From assembly GCA_964513645.1 (NCBI GenBank), contig CAZENF010000002.1, positions 8,090 to 72,089 on the forward strand: a DNA stretch of 64,000 bases, in the 5' to 3' direction. The notes under the pieces were generated by a model. The model had not been told where the DNA came from. It searched no databases and saw only the letters and a program-made list of their open reading frames with translations. Origin of the DNA: an uncultured Candidatus Saccharibacteria bacterium (GTDB lineage: Bacteria > Patescibacteriota > Minisyncoccia > 2-02-FULL-40-12 > GWA2-44-9). Positions 8,902 to 18,200 of the stretch are shown piece by piece. The position numbers were made by a program, and so were the translations under genes. Numbering within the stretch: position 1 is the stretch's first letter; the number at the start of each line of letters is the position of its first letter.

Positions 8902-10992
8902 ATGAACCTCGTCATTGTCGAATCACCAACCAAAGCCAAAACCATTTCCCGCTTCCTGGGAGGAGATTTTGTCGTGAAATCATCCTACGGTCATGTCCGC
9001 GACTTACCCAAAAAAGAACTTGGCGTTGATACTGAACACGACTTTGAACCAAAGTATGTGATTCCGACCAAAGCCCGCAAAAATGTAACCGATCTTAAAA
9101 AAACGGCCGAGAAGTCTGACACGATAATTCTCGCAACTGACGAGGACCGCGAAGGCGAATCTATCTCCTGGCATTTGGTCAAAGCTCTCGGCTTGGATGG
9201 TTCGGGAACAAAAAAAACGACCGCCAAATTAAAAAATAAAGAACCAAAAAAAATAGAACGGATAGTCTTCCACGAAATAACCAAGTCCGCCATTGAACAT
9301 GCTTTGAAAAATCCCAGGACCATCGACCAAGACCTGGTTGATGCCCAGCAGGCCAGGCGCGTACTCGACCGCTTAGTAGGTTACAAACTCTCACCTTTTC
9401 TATGGAAAAAAGTGGCCAGAGGACTTTCAGCCGGACGCGTTCAATCAGTCGCGGTCAGATTAGTGGTTGAGAGGGAGCGGGAAATAGAAAAATTCAAAGC
9501 TGATGAATATTGGACCATAACCGCCAATTTATCGGCCGGTTCGGATGCCCAGAAAATATTTCCCGCAAATCTTATAAAGATAGGCGATAAATCTCTTGAA
9601 AAATTAGATATCAAAAACCAGGCAGAGGCCGATAAGATCGTAAAAGACCTCGAAAACGCAAAATATACGGTCCAAAATGTTGAACGGAACGAGGTCAGCC
9701 GCTCACCGATGTCGCCTTTTACAACCAGCACCCTCCAACAGGATGCGGCTAAAAAACTTCACTTCTCGGCAAAACAAACAATGATGTTCGCCCAGCAATT
9801 ATACGAAGGAGTTGAACTTGGTGCCGAAGGTTCTGTCGGTCTCATCACTTATATGAGAACTGATTCGGTCAATCTTTCCGAAGAGTCACTGACAAGAGCC
9901 AAAGATTTTATCACTAAAAGTTTCGGCGCTAATTATTTTGAACAAAGACGTTTTAAGACCAAATCAAAAACCGCCCAGGAAGCTCATGAAGCGGTCAGAC
10001 CGACCGAACCGGAACGCACACCGGACAGTGTCAGAACCTATCTTTCACCCCAGCAATTCAAACTTTACGAACTTATCTGGCGCCGTTTCACAGCTTCACA
10101 GATGACTAAAGCCGTATTTGATTCGACCGCGATCGATATTGCGACCAAGAATTATACTTTCCGGGCCAACGGCCAGACGATGAAATTCGATGGATTCCTC
10201 AAAGTTTATCCCGTTAAATACGAAGAAAATGAACTGCCGGTTGTAAAAGCCGGTGAGGAACTTGAGTTCAAAGAACTCAAACCGGAACAGCATTTCACCA
10301 AACCGCCAGCCAGATTCAACGAGGCTTCTATTATCAAAACTCTCGAAAAAGAAGGTATTGGCCGGCCGTCGACTTACGCTCCGATAATTTCTACTATCGT
10401 CGCCCGGAACTATGTGAACAAAGACCGTTCACGATACTTCCATCCGACCGAAATAGGCATCATGGTCAACGATCTTTTAGTTCAGCATTTCCCGAATATC
10501 GTCGATATAAAATTCACTTCAAAAATGGAAGGTCAGCTTGATGAGATAGCGGACGGAAAAATGAAATGGACCCCGGTCATCAGCGAATTCTATGGCCCGT
10601 TTGCCGAGAATTTGAAAGCTAAATATGAAGAAGTGTCTAAAGAAGAAGTGACCAAACAGGAAGACACCGGCCTACTTTGTGAAAAGTGCGGAAGTAAAAT
10701 GATAGTCAGAATGGGCCGCTATGGTAAGTTTATCGCCTGCTCCAACTTCCCGACCTGTAAAAATATATTAAAAGAAAAGAAAGAAGGAGCCGAACCGGAA
10801 AAGACCGGCGAGAAATGCGACAAATGCGGCGAAGGAGAGATGGTCATAAGAATAGGCCGATTCGGTAAGTTTATCGCCTGCAGTCGCTATCCTAAATGCA
10901 AAAATACAAAAAAGATACCCAAGAACCCCGAAGCATCTCCGGCTGAAGAACAAAAAAGCCCTCAAATTGAAAACGAACCGGCAAAAGAGTAG
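8902..10992 (+). CDS. topA: DNA topoisomerase I
   Basis: LVIVESPTKAKTI, DREGE, SAGRVQS, ITYMRTD, two C4 zinc ribbons. Confidence 0.97.
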   Translation: MNLVIVESPTKAKTISRFLGGDFVVKSSYGHVRDLPKKELGVDTEHDFEPKYVIPTKARKNVTDLKKTAEKSDTIILATDEDREGESISWHLVKALGLDGSGTKKTTAKLKNKEPKKIERIVFHEITKSAIEHALKNPRTIDQDLVDAQQARRVLDRLVGYKLSPFLWKKVARGLSAGRVQSVAVRLVVEREREIEKFKADEYWTITANLSAGSDAQKIFPANLIKIGDKSLEKLDIKNQAEADKIVKDLENAKYTVQNVERNEVSRSPMSPFTTSTLQQDAAKKLHFSAKQTMMFAQQLYEGVELGAEGSVGLITYMRTDSVNLSEESLTRAKDFITKSFGANYFEQRRFKTKSKTAQEAHEAVRPTEPERTPDSVRTYLSPQQFKLYELIWRRFTASQMTKAVFDSTAIDIATKNYTFRANGQTMKFDGFLKVYPVKYEENELPVVKAGEELEFKELKPEQHFTKPPARFNEASIIKTLEKEGIGRPSTYAPIISTIVARNYVNKDRSRYFHPTEIGIMVNDLLVQHFPNIVDIKFTSKMEGQLDEIADGKMKWTPVISEFYGPFAENLKAKYEEVSKEEVTKQEDTGLLCEKCGSKMIVRMGRYGKFIACSNFPTCKNILKEKKEGAEPEKTGEKCDKCGEGEMVIRIGRFGKFIACSRYPKCKNTKKIPKNPEASPAEEQKSPQIENEPAKE

Positions 10993-11006
10993 TATAGAGC
11001 TACTAT

Positions 11007-12743
11007 ATGGTTCCTGTTCTCGAAAAAATACTCGAAAACCAAAATTTCTCCGAATTAGACAAGAACCTGATACAAAAGGCTTACAATACCGCCGAACTCG
11101 CCCATCGCGGACAAAAACGCCTTTCAGGAGAAGATTACATAACCCATCCCTTGAGTGCGGCTTATTTTTTGATGGGCCTCGGCATGGATGCAACAACCAT
11201 TGCCGCCTGCATCCTTCACGACACGATTGAAGATACTGGCATTAGGCCTGAAGATATCAAGCGTGATTTCGGGCAGGAAGTACTTTTCCTGGTCGAAGGT
11301 GTGACAAAGCTCGGCAAAATAGAATATTCGCCTGATTTTCCAAATAAAAAAACCGCTTTAGAAAATATAAACTCTCTTAAAAAAATGCTTTTCGCAATGG
11401 CTGAAGATATACGGGTAATTATCATAAAGTTAGCCGACCGTTATCACAACTTGGAAACCCTGAAATATCAGAGCGATGTTTCTCAAAAAAGGATAGCTCT
11501 CGAAACACTTGAGATATATGCTCCCATCGCCGCCCGCCTCGGCATGGGAAAATTAAAAGGCCAGCTTGAGGATATGGCCTTTCCTTATGTTTACCCCAAA
11601 GAATATGCCTGGCTTGTAAAAAACATCAAAAGCAAATATAGAGATCTGGCCGATTATCTTGAAAGGACAAAACCTATAATCCGTAAAAACCTTACCGATA
11701 ACGGCATTACTATTATAGATATTCATTCACGGGCCAAACATTACTACAGTCTTTACAACAAAATCATAAAACACGGCATGGATTCGGAAAAAATATTCGA
11801 CCTGGTAGCAATGAGGGTACTCGTTCCGGATGTCAGGTCTTGCTACGAAGCTCTCGGCGTTATTCACAAATACTACAAACCCCTGCCTGGACTGGTCAAA
11901 GATTATATCGCAGTTCCTAAACCCAACGGTTATCAGTCTCTCCACACCACTATTTTCTGTGAAAAAGGTAAAATAGTCGAAATACAGATAAGAACTCCGG
12001 AGATGCATAAACATGCCGAGAACGGAATTGCCGCACATTGGGCATATTCTGAAAGCGGCAAAAGAAAGGTTTTTAAAGCAGACCTCGAGGAAACCCGCTG
12101 GGTGAATCAGCTTAAACAATTCCTTCAGGAAATGAAACCGAACGAAGGTTTGTCCGGTTTGAAAATTGATTTCTTTAAGAACCGGATATTCGCATTTACT
12201 CCAATGGGCGATGTTAAAGATCTACCAGAAGGGGCGACGCCTGTCGATTTTGCTTATGCCATTCATACTGGCCTGGGTCATTCTTTAAAAGGCGCGACTG
12301 TGAACGGAAAAATGGTTTCGCTTGAATATCATCTTCAAAACGGAGATGTGGTTGAAATAATAAAAGGCAAGACGTTGAAGCCTTCTTTTGACTGGCTGAA
12401 GATAGTAAAAACCAATGAAGCCAAGAAAAAAATAAAAGCATGGTTTGTAAATGAGGAAAAGAAATCTCATGAAGGCGAAAAAACAGACTTGGGTGATAAA
12501 AAATACAATAAGCCGAAGAAAAAGATAATTGTTAAACAAGTCAAAAAAGGAGTGCCGGTTATCCAAGGTCAGACCGGGTTAATGTATAAAATAGCCCGAT
12601 GTTGCAACCCTAAAACCGGAGACAAGATAAAAGGTTACATGACCTTAAATCAGGGGGTAAGTATTCATAACATTACCTGCTCAAACCTTAAAAAATCATC
12701 CTCAAACGGAAAAAGAATACTCAATGTAAAGTGGAAGATTTAA
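11007..12743 (+). CDS. rel: RelA/SpoT (p)ppGpp synthase/hydrolase (HD-SYNTH-TGS-ZFD, no ACT)
   Basis: LHDTIED, KLADRYHN, KPNGYQSLHT, EIQIRT, TGS domain, ARCCNP. Confidence 0.92.
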   Translation: MVPVLEKILENQNFSELDKNLIQKAYNTAELAHRGQKRLSGEDYITHPLSAAYFLMGLGMDATTIAACILHDTIEDTGIRPEDIKRDFGQEVLFLVEGVTKLGKIEYSPDFPNKKTALENINSLKKMLFAMAEDIRVIIIKLADRYHNLETLKYQSDVSQKRIALETLEIYAPIAARLGMGKLKGQLEDMAFPYVYPKEYAWLVKNIKSKYRDLADYLERTKPIIRKNLTDNGITIIDIHSRAKHYYSLYNKIIKHGMDSEKIFDLVAMRVLVPDVRSCYEALGVIHKYYKPLPGLVKDYIAVPKPNGYQSLHTTIFCEKGKIVEIQIRTPEMHKHAENGIAAHWAYSESGKRKVFKADLEETRWVNQLKQFLQEMKPNEGLSGLKIDFFKNRIFAFTPMGDVKDLPEGATPVDFAYAIHTGLGHSLKGATVNGKMVSLEYHLQNGDVVEIIKGKTLKPSFDWLKIVKTNEAKKKIKAWFVNEEKKSHEGEKTDLGDKKYNKPKKKIIVKQVKKGVPVIQGQTGLMYKIARCCNPKTGDKIKGYMTLNQGVSIHNITCSNLKKSSSNGKRILNVKWKI

Positions 12744-12814
12744 TTCAAGTATCCTTAATATAAAATTATAAAGATTAATATTTTGATATGAATCTTTATT
12801 AATCTTTATTAATA

Positions 12815-13546
12815 CTATAATAATTCTCTTGTTATACCCTTCATCCATCCGGCTATTTGTCTTGCCAACATAGAACTTGATGAAACTCTTACTCTTAAGA
12901 GCCCAAATTTACCTCCCTTAAAACTGTGGATATTCTTCTTTTTATTAGCAGTTCTCTGAAAATATACATATCTAAAATTAATCTCCGGAAAACCTGTTAC
13001 TTCTGACCAGTATTCTATATTTTCGAGAGTTACTCTTTTTTGATCTTCAGAAGGTATGTTTTTCTTGTGTCTGTGGTCTTTTATGAAAAGGTCGAATTTA
13101 ATTTCTTTATCTTCAACGTTTCCTATCTCCTGAAGCCATTTTAAGAATATTTTTATCAGATAAGGATCAGTGTTTGTAAAATTAACCCCTTTGCGAAGCT
13201 GTCCTCCGTCATTCAATAATAATCTTTCATGCCAGCATAACATGATGCCCATTAACCAAAGTTCCTTTTTAGAAATTTTTCTTATTTCTTTAGCAGACGA
13301 GAGTTTTATATCCTCTATTATCTTTAAAGTTCTAACTTTTCTCTTTTCTGAATTACTTCGGGCAATGGCTATCATTTTGTTCTTTAATTTTTCTGCTTGA
13401 GGTCCGGTAAGTTTTGTGTTTTTTAACCAAAAAGCTATCGTCGACTTTGGAATGTGCATTGCGTTCTCGATCTCCGAATAAGAATACCCGCGTTTCCGCA
13501 TATCGATGACGATATTTTTTTTATAATTTTCTAAATATTGGCTCAT
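12815..13546 (-). CDS. HTH-containing hypothetical protein, possibly with a degenerate LAGLIDADG-like domain
   Basis: RKRGYSYSEI...IPKSTIAFWLK HTH; F.NTDP.LI..FL.WL segment. Confidence 0.55.
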   Translation of the reverse strand: MSQYLENYKKNIVIDMRKRGYSYSEIENAMHIPKSTIAFWLKNTKLTGPQAEKLKNKMIAIARSNSEKRKVRTLKIIEDIKLSSAKEIRKISKKELWLMGIMLCWHERLLLNDGGQLRKGVNFTNTDPYLIKIFLKWLQEIGNVEDKEIKFDLFIKDHRHKKNIPSEDQKRVTLENIEYWSEVTGFPEINFRYVYFQRTANKKKNIHSFKGGKFGLLRVRVSSSSMLARQIAGWMKGITRELL

Positions 13547-13777
13547 GTTCCTAAAATGTAGATTAAAATCTTTATTCGGGACAAAAATTTGATCTAAAAT
13601 ATCTATTTGACCTTCTGAAATTTATGTTATGAAATAGTATTAGACATGGTATATCATAACTAATTAAATAGTATCACTGTACAATATTTATTCAAAGTAG
13701 CTTATACACAGTCTATATTACTTAATTTTAGACTTATTTAGACCAGATATCAGATATTCTCAAATAAAAACCGGTAT

Positions 13778-14221
13778 TTAACCGGTATTTCTGACCCTGC
13801 ATTCAACGCTCAAGCATGGCTCATATCCATCTTTCACACCATAATCTGTTAAATATGTAGCATATGCTATCGGCAATTGTTCCAATAGGAGCAGAGATTT
13901 TGATCTTATATCCTCCATTGAATTAAATTCCGCCGGATCTACTCCACCTTTCCACCCATCTTCGATGAGCACATAGACCCAATTATGGGCTGTTCCGCTC
14001 CCCTGCCTGACGCTTACCTTGAGACAAGGATACAAAGCTTTTACCGCCTTTTTGACCAACCGGCATCTTATTTTCTTAAAGTCCTTGTAGCTTACTTTAT
14101 TGAAATCTATTGGCATTGCCGTTTTATGCGCCAGCTTATATCCGGGGTCGTTTTGTATCGCCTTCAGCATTAATTCAAAATCGGCTTTATCAACCTGATT
14201 AAGTCCGTTCGGACCACCCAT
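13778..14221 (-). CDS. Hypothetical protein
   Basis: 147-aa ORF downstream of the parB terminator. Confidence 0.55.
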   Translation of the reverse strand: MGGPNGLNQVDKADFELMLKAIQNDPGYKLAHKTAMPIDFNKVSYKDFKKIRCRLVKKAVKALYPCLKVSVRQGSGTAHNWVYVLIEDGWKGGVDPAEFNSMEDIRSKSLLLLEQLPIAYATYLTDYGVKDGYEPCLSVECRVRNTG

Positions 14222-14291
14222 ACATATTATCCTTGTCTATAAAACAGCTTGGGTCAGTTTATTATATTGATAAGCCAATTACAACTATCCA

Positions 14292-14333
14292 TAACCAAAA
14301 ACCCTCCGCTAACTAGCGGAGGGTTTTTGGTTA
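14292..14333. terminator. Intrinsic terminator after parB
   Basis: taaccaaaaaccctccgcta-ac-tagcggagggtttttggtta perfect hairpin. Confidence 0.8.
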
Positions 14334-14346
14334 ATACTCTGTGCTT

Positions 14347-15234
14347 CTAATCTATTATCTTCTTTGCCACTTTATTGAGTTCCTGGAGTGAAGCAAATTT
14401 GATAACAATATGACCACCTTTGTCAGTCGAGCGGATAAGCACGGGAACCCTTAACATCTCTCCGAGGTTCTTTTCGAGGGTCTGGAAGCGGTTAACTTCC
14501 TGGGAGGACAACTTAGCTTTTTTGGATTTAGATGGCTTGGAGGTAGAGGCCATTTGTTCTACATCTTTTGAGGATAGGCGGCCGCCCAAGATGTGGCTAT
14601 AGACCTCACGCTGCCTGGATTCATCATTAAAAGCGAGGAGGGCTCTGGCATGGGCGCGGGTCAAAATCCCGCTCCTTAAGGACTCTTTTATGTCTTTGGG
14701 GAGGTTCAGAAGACGTATGGCATTAGCTACAACTTCCCTTGATTTGCCAACCTTGTTTGCAACGTCCTGCTGGGTAAGCTTGAACTCCTTGATAAGCCGG
14801 TCATAAGCCTCGGCTTCTTCAACCGGATTGAGATCTTTTCTTTGGACATTCTCGATAAGAGCCACTTCGAGTTTGAGACTTTTACTGTTAAAATCATCCC
14901 TGATAACAACCGGCACTTGTGCTAATCCCGCAAGCTGGGATGCCCTCAAACGCCTCTCCCCGGCAATAAGCTGATAATAGACATTAAGTCCTCGTGAACT
15001 TTGTTCTTCCATTTTAGAAACTAATAACGGCTGCAGGACACCATATTTCTGGATAGAGCGGGAAAGTTCTTTCAAACCTTCCTGGTCAAAATCCTGACGA
15101 GGCTGGTCAGGGTTAGGTTTGATCTTGTTTATCTCCACATAAAACACATTCTCCTTGGGAGAATCTGGATGCATTTGTTTTGATCTTGGAATAAGAGATT
15201 CAAGGCCCCTGCCTAAACCAAAGGTTTTCTTCAT
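14347..15234 (-). CDS. parB: Chromosome partitioning protein ParB
   Basis: GLGRGLESLI, PNPDQPR, IAGERRLRA, ENVQRKDL. Confidence 0.95.
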   Translation of the reverse strand: MKKTFGLGRGLESLIPRSKQMHPDSPKENVFYVEINKIKPNPDQPRQDFDQEGLKELSRSIQKYGVLQPLLVSKMEEQSSRGLNVYYQLIAGERRLRASQLAGLAQVPVVIRDDFNSKSLKLEVALIENVQRKDLNPVEEAEAYDRLIKEFKLTQQDVANKVGKSREVVANAIRLLNLPKDIKESLRSGILTRAHARALLAFNDESRQREVYSHILGGRLSSKDVEQMASTSKPSKSKKAKLSSQEVNRFQTLEKNLGEMLRVPVLIRSTDKGGHIVIKFASLQELNKVAKKIID

Positions 15235-15236
15235 AA

Positions 15237-16001
15237 TTAGCCTGTTAATTTAATTACCTCTTCCGCTAATCGCCGATATTCATCGGCGGCTTTTGAATTG
15301 GGACTGAACTGGATTATCGGCTTACCGTAACTTGGAGCTTCAGCCAGATCGATCGTTCTTGAGATAGATGTTTCGAACACTCTTCCAGTAAAATTCTTAT
15401 GGACCTCGTTCATTACATGGCGGTTCAATTGATTCCTCTTATCATACATTGTAAGCAATACCCCAAGTACTTGCAAATCCGGGTTGAGGCCCTGCTTTAC
15501 CAGATCAATAGCATAAACCAGTTGGCTAAGACCTTCTAAAGCATAGTACTCACACTGGACCGGTATCAGAACATGATCCGCAGCAGTTAAAGCATTTATC
15601 GTCAAAAGTCCGAGCGAGGGCGGACAGTCAATCAGAATATAGTCGTAATTCATCCTTAAAGAACCCAGGGCCTTCTTGAGGCGGTATTCCCTCTCCCCCA
15701 TCGATACAAGCTCAACCGTCGCTCCGGCAAGCGCTTGGGTCGCCGGAAGAACATCAAAACCGAAGATGGAGGTTTTCTTTATCATTGTCAGGGGGTTCTG
15801 GTCGTTAACGATCGCATGATAGACATTATCGCTCTCTAACGCTAAATTAATGCCCAAACCGCCGGTAGCGTTGGCCTGGGAGTCCATATCTACCAAAAGG
15901 ACGTATTTGCCCAAGGCAGCCAAATAAGCTCCGAGGTTAATGGCCGTGGTGGTTTTACCGACTCCGCCCTTGGCATTACAGATTGTGAGTATTCTTGCCA
16001 T
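15237..16001 (-). CDS. parA: Chromosome partitioning ATPase ParA/Soj
   Basis: KGGVGKTTT, DCPPSLG, PVQCEYYALEG. Confidence 0.95.
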   Translation of the reverse strand: MARILTICNAKGGVGKTTTAINLGAYLAALGKYVLLVDMDSQANATGGLGINLALESDNVYHAIVNDQNPLTMIKKTSIFGFDVLPATQALAGATVELVSMGEREYRLKKALGSLRMNYDYILIDCPPSLGLLTINALTAADHVLIPVQCEYYALEGLSQLVYAIDLVKQGLNPDLQVLGVLLTMYDKRNQLNRHVMNEVHKNFTGRVFETSISRTIDLAEAPSYGKPIIQFSPNSKAADEYRRLAEEVIKLTG

Positions 16002-16200
16002 TTATAACTTGCTGGCCGCTCCGCTAATCGCCTGGGGCGATTAAAGCGGTAAGCTCTTGGCCAATATCCAGCCCGAATCGCAACGATTCGTTGCGGGCGG
16101 GTTTCGTTAGAAGCTCCGTTCCTCCTTCACCATAGTTATACTATGGCTCAGTCCGGTACTCGCTTCTGCCTCAATCTTGGCCAAGCCAGCTGCGTTCTAA
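16002..16200 (-). promoter_or_regulatory. Structured 5' leader homologous to the nusB leader
   Basis: Conserved sequence blocks and compensatory changes versus 24818-24973. Confidence 0.7.
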
Positions 16201-16329
16201 GTATTGATAAGTAAGTATTTTAATTTTATACTCTCCGCCCGAACTTTTCAAATCAAATAAGACTTATTTAAGAAATAAGTTCTTTATTTGAAAAAATCCG
16301 GAAAAGTGATAGAATTACAGGATATTGGG

Positions 16330-16413
16330 GCCCGAGTGGCGGAATTGGCATACGCGCACGACTCAAAATCGTGTGTCCTTACGGACTTGTGGGTTCAACT
16401 CCCACCTCGGGCA
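16330..16413 (+). tRNA. tRNA-Leu (CAA)
   Basis: GCCCGAG/CTCGGGC acceptor, CACGA-CT-CAA-AA-TCGTG anticodon arm, long variable arm, GGTTCAA T-loop; no encoded CCA. Confidence 0.95.
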
Positions 16414-16417
16414 CATT

Positions 16418-16454
16418 AAACATAAAGCTGACCCTTAGGGTCAGCTTTATGTTT
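16418..16454 (+). terminator. Hairpin terminator after tRNA-Leu
   Basis: aaacataaagctgaccc-tta-gggtcagctttatgttt. Confidence 0.75.
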
Positions 16455-16524
16455 CCCACCCCGTCTACTTGCATTAAAAATAAAATAGTATATAATATGA
16501 AGGTTGGCCTTCAGAGGAGCTTCC

Positions 16525-16755
16525 ATGGAAATTAGCGAGCGGCTGTTGACTGTCTGGATGTACAAGTTTTTACTTGGCAATCTTTCAAAAGAAAAGACGG
16601 AAAAACTCAAAAAAACAATCCTTGAAAGATACAGCAAGCGTCAAATGAATTCTAACCTTGAAAGACAGTTGGTAGCCGCATTCACTGTTAATCGCAAGTC
16701 CAGAGAATACTTAGGTGAGCTTCTCGACGACTGGGAGAGACGACTCTCCAGATAA
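16525..16755 (+). CDS. Small hypothetical protein
   Basis: GAGGAG Shine-Dalgarno before ATG 16525; upstream TTGCAT/TATAAT. Confidence 0.55.
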   Translation: MEISERLLTVWMYKFLLGNLSKEKTEKLKKTILERYSKRQMNSNLERQLVAAFTVNRKSREYLGELLDDWERRLSR

Positions 16756-17271
16756 TGCCCTTCGGGGCATTTTTTGTTGAAAAAAATTAAAAGCTACGGC
16801 CGTCAGGATACCCAGAACAGCTCCAGCCACTATATCATACGGCCAGTGAACCCCGCCATATATTCTTGCAAAACCCATCAGACAGGCCGCGGTCAGATAC
16901 AGCCAGCCGTATTTTTTGTTATACAGCCAGACCGCCATTGCTAAAGCGAAGTAAAAAGCGGCATGCCCCGAAGGAAAAGAATATTCATTTTCCTTGGGAA
17001 GCAAAAGATGGACGCTCTGCAAAACCACAAACGGCCTTGGATGATGATAAAAGTACCTTATTATAACAACAAATATAAATCTTGAAACAAAAGCCGAAAC
17101 CAAAGCTAAGATAACCATCGGTCTATATTTCTTGCGTTCAAACCAGAGAAATACTCCTAAACTGGCAATAAGAACATATCCGAACTTATCAGCCGCAAAA
17201 ACCATCAGCTTATCAAGCAGCGGATTTTGGCCAGCCCAGGAATTTATCAATTGGAATAATATATAGTTCAT
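16711..17271 (-). CDS. PAP2-family phosphatase (undecaprenyl-diphosphatase BcrC-like)
   Basis: RPF, SFPSGHA, ARIYGGVHWPYDI. Confidence 0.9.
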   Translation of the reverse strand: MNYILFQLINSWAGQNPLLDKLMVFAADKFGYVLIASLGVFLWFERKKYRPMVILALVSAFVSRFIFVVIIRYFYHHPRPFVVLQSVHLLLPKENEYSFPSGHAAFYFALAMAVWLYNKKYGWLYLTAACLMGFARIYGGVHWPYDIVAGAVLGILTAVAFNFFQQKMPRRALSGESSLPVVEKLT

Positions 17272-17387
17272 CCCGTACAAAATCGCCGCTGCGCAGTTAG
17301 AAGGTCAATCGTTATTGCGCAAGAGTGACGTTATTTTTAATATAAATTTTGACTCGTTTAACCCGTACTGGCGATTTTGTACGGGAT
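17270..17387. repeat. Intergenic element with 18-bp perfect terminal inverted repeat
   Basis: atcccgtacaaaatcgcc (17270-17287) / ggcgattttgtacgggat (17370-17387). Confidence 0.85.
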
Positions 17388-18200
17388 TCACAAGTTTAAT
17401 TTTACCAGATTCATCAAAACAGTAGCAATTACTACCGGACCCATTCCGCCCGGAACTGGAGTGAAGAGCGAGGCTACGCTCGAAACTGAATCTCCGTCCA
17501 TATCCCCGACCATCTTGCCATCTTTTTTCTCATAACCAAAATCAAAGGCGACAACTCCCTTTTTTAACATATCGCCGGTTATAATGCCAGGTTTACCGAC
17601 GCCCGAAACCACAATGTCCGCTCTTTTGACTCCTTCTTCAAAATCTTTAGTCTTGCTTCTTATCCGGATAACTCTGGCTCCGGCTGCTTCAAGCCAATGA
17701 GCTATCGGTTTGCCGATAAGCATGCCTTGCCCAAACACGGCAACGGTCCTGTCTTTAACATTGATACCATTCCTCTCGATGATTATCCTGACCGCCTCTA
17801 CCGCTGGTGGAAATATTTTTGATGCATTTTCATAGAACAGTTCCTGACTTTCGTCCGACAAAACATCCACATCCTTGGAAACCGGTACCGAACTTAGTAC
17901 TTCGGAAGCATTAATATGTTCGGGTAATGGCAATTCGATTAAAACCCCGTCGGCCCTGGCTGAAATAGCCGCCGATTCCTCCTTTAGTTTTTGAGTAGTT
18001 ATATCTTCAGGAAATTCGCACATCTTAAAACTTACTCCGATCTTTTCCGCCGCCTTGCCTTTTAACTCAACAAATTTTTTAAATTCAGGGCTTGTCCCGA
18101 CTAAAACAGCTGCCAATTGCAGCTTTAGATCCTTGTCTTCAACTTCTTTTTTGAGCTGATTTAAAAGCTCTTCGGCGATAAGCCGACCCTGAATTATCAT
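17388..18200 (-). CDS. folD: Methylenetetrahydrofolate dehydrogenase/cyclohydrolase FolD (divergent)
   Basis: LPLP, KDVD, TPVPGGMGP. Confidence 0.88.
   Translation of the reverse strand: MIIQGRLIAEELLNQLKKEVEDKDLKLQLAAVLVGTSPEFKKFVELKGKAAEKIGVSFKMCEFPEDITTQKLKEESAAISARADGVLIELPLPEHINASEVLSSVPVSKDVDVLSDESQELFYENASKIFPPAVEAVRIIIERNGINVKDRTVAVFGQGMLIGKPIAHWLEAAGARVIRIRSKTKDFEEGVKRADIVVSGVGKPGIITGDMLKKGVVAFDFGYEKKDGKMVGDMDGDSVSSVASLFTPVPGGMGPVVIATVLMNLVKLNL

Noticed and set aside
11007-12743. rel as a truncated pseudogene
   Set aside because: Catalytic motifs are intact and the ORF ends cleanly after the zinc finger; treated as a short but functional form.
13547-13777. oriC near parAB
   Set aside because: AT-rich, but only one DnaA-box-like TTATACACA (about 13702) and no dnaA; no parS palindrome recognised.
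16002-16200. Hammerhead ribozyme
   Set aside because: TTGAGG...CGAAA only loosely resembles CUGANGA/GAAA, and the junction geometry does not fit.
16330-16755. Island integrated at tRNA-Leu
   Set aside because: No duplicated tRNA 3' end or integrase seen; the same holds for tRNA-Asp.
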